In this document: positions 62,746 to 64,000 of the stretch, one piece after another | Position numbering within the stretch: the first letter of the stretch is position 1 | Layout of the letters: the number at the start of each line of letters is the position of its first letter | Origin: Sphagnum compactum | Lineage: Eukaryota | NCBI GenBank assembly: GCA_965153455.1 | Contig: OZ234493.1 | Coordinates: forward strand, 11,646,213 to 11,710,212 | DNA length: 64,000 bases | Reading direction: 5' to 3' | Notes under the pieces: model-generated | Databases searched by the model: none | Seen by the model: only the letters and a program-made list of their open reading frames with translations | Told to the model about the DNA's origin: nothing | Made by a program: the position numbers and the translations under genes

Positions 62746-64000
62746 ATGGGTAGGAGGAGAGTAAAGAAAAGCGATGCAGCAGATGCGGGAGGTGCCCAGG
62801 AAATTGTCACCACATCAGATGCGGGAGGTGCCCAAAAAATTGTCATCACATCAAATGCGGGAGGTGCCCAGGAAATTGTCACCACATCAGATGCGGGAGG
62901 TGCTCAGGAAATTGTCACCACATCAGATGCGGGAGGTGCTCAGGAAATTGTCACCACATCAGATGCGGGAGGTGCTCAGGAAATTGTCACCACATCAGAT
63001 GCAGGAGGTGCTCAGGAAATTGTCACCACATCAGATGCGGGAGGTGCCCAGCAAATTGTCACCACATCAGATGCGGGAGGTGCCCAGCAAATTGTTGCTA
63101 AGGATAATATTGTTGCATTAGATCGGGAAACTGGTGAGCATAATTGTGCTCTATCACAATTGAAACAGAAGGGTAGCATTGGTATAGATTACTTTAGAAT
63201 TCGTGGACATTAGAAGATAGGACATTAGATTAATTACAAATTAATAAAATTGTACAAATTTCTCAAAATTTAATTGCACCTGCACCTTCCATTTGTTGGA
63301 TGGTGCAGGAATTTTTTTGTCAAAATTTTTTTACTGCAATACCTTAGAACAGTTCATGTTTATAGAAGTAATATGTAATTTTGTGATTTGATGTTTTGCA
63401 ATACCTGCATTTTGTTTATTGAACTTTCTGTTTTTGGGTTTAGGTCCGGAACTGGAAACTGAGCAAGCTTCTCAACCACCTGCAGTTATTTATCCACCTA
63501 ATCTGGCTCGGAAGGATAAGGAATGGACAAAGGTCGGGTCCAAATGGAAGTGCAAAGTCCACAATTGCACTATCGCATATTGTGCGAAATGGCTATTGAC
63601 GCAGCATTTGAAGGAGGTGCACGGCTTGGTGGCAGAAAAGTCAAAACCTGGGAGGCCTTCAACTACTGCAGGAGGTCCTCGGCATCAAGACCATGGCAAG
63701 ATGAACGCTCGCATTTTGGGAGATGCAATGGCTGTGCAGAGGTGAAATGATCAGAAAGCTGCTAGTCGTGCTCGTGCCAAAGCAAAACGCGAGTGGAATC
63801 ATTTGATGACTCTTGCAAAACAGTGTCCACCACTCCCAAAACCACCTTTGGTCAGATTTGCTTCAGAACAATTGTGAAGGTGTTGGGCCTTGATGCCTGG
63901 GGCGTGGGCAGTGTGGCGCGAGATGCAATTGTACGAATGGAGAAGGATGATGACTTACAGGGGATGATCCGATCCACTCGTTGTGCATACGCACGACAAT
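62746..64000 (+). pseudogene. Spliced repeat-rich C2H2 zinc-finger gene with young disabling lesions. Exons: 62746-63133 and 63444 to beyond 64000
   Basis: ATG 62746 (MGRRRVKK, basic). Phase-1 donor G|GTGAGC at 63133/63134 and acceptor TTTAG|GT at 63443/63444 join in frame. Finger WKCKVHNCTIAYCAKWLLTQHLKEVH. In-frame TGA at 63743 with protein-like sequence continuing beyond it. Apparent frameshift near 63872. Confidence 0.6.
62782..63105 (+). repeat. Nine in-frame 36-bp coding tandem repeats (DAGGAQEIVTTS)
   Basis: GATGCGGGAGGTGCYCAGGAAATTGTCACCACATCA x9, near-identical. Confidence 0.95.

Noticed and set aside
57335-63105. CRISPR-like appearance of regularly spaced repeats
   Set aside because: The intervening sequences are themselves repeated, so there are no unique spacers. 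The context is eukaryotic and no cas genes are present.

Overview
AT-rich eukaryotic genomic DNA from a land plant. GT-AG introns, TTTAGGG-type repeats and an intron-containing tRNA-Tyr support this. The repeat landscape looks bryophyte-like (possibly Sphagnum), which is my impression and is not verified. There are two intact host genes: an 11-exon Kelch-containing guanylate kinase (minus strand, 2585-6810) and a 3-exon plastidial stearoyl-ACP desaturase (plus strand, 46941-49073). One tRNA-Tyr(GTA) lies at 36399-36482. The rest is mostly decayed mobile DNA: (1) a gag/zinc-knuckle-protease relic that appears to run into a cytosine-methyltransferase-like segment; (2) a pogo-type transposase relic with an extra upstream ORF; (3) a hAT relic; (4) several CRE-like (restriction-endonuclease-type) non-LTR retrotransposon copies; (5) two solo LTRs with 5-bp TSDs; (6) Tourist-like MITEs, one nested inside a copy of itself; (7) four copies of a ~330-bp element with DINE-1/Helentron-like ends; (8) a 7-kb nested satellite and telomere-like array that leads into a spliced, recently disabled C2H2 zinc-finger gene. 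All calls were made by eye, with no database searches.
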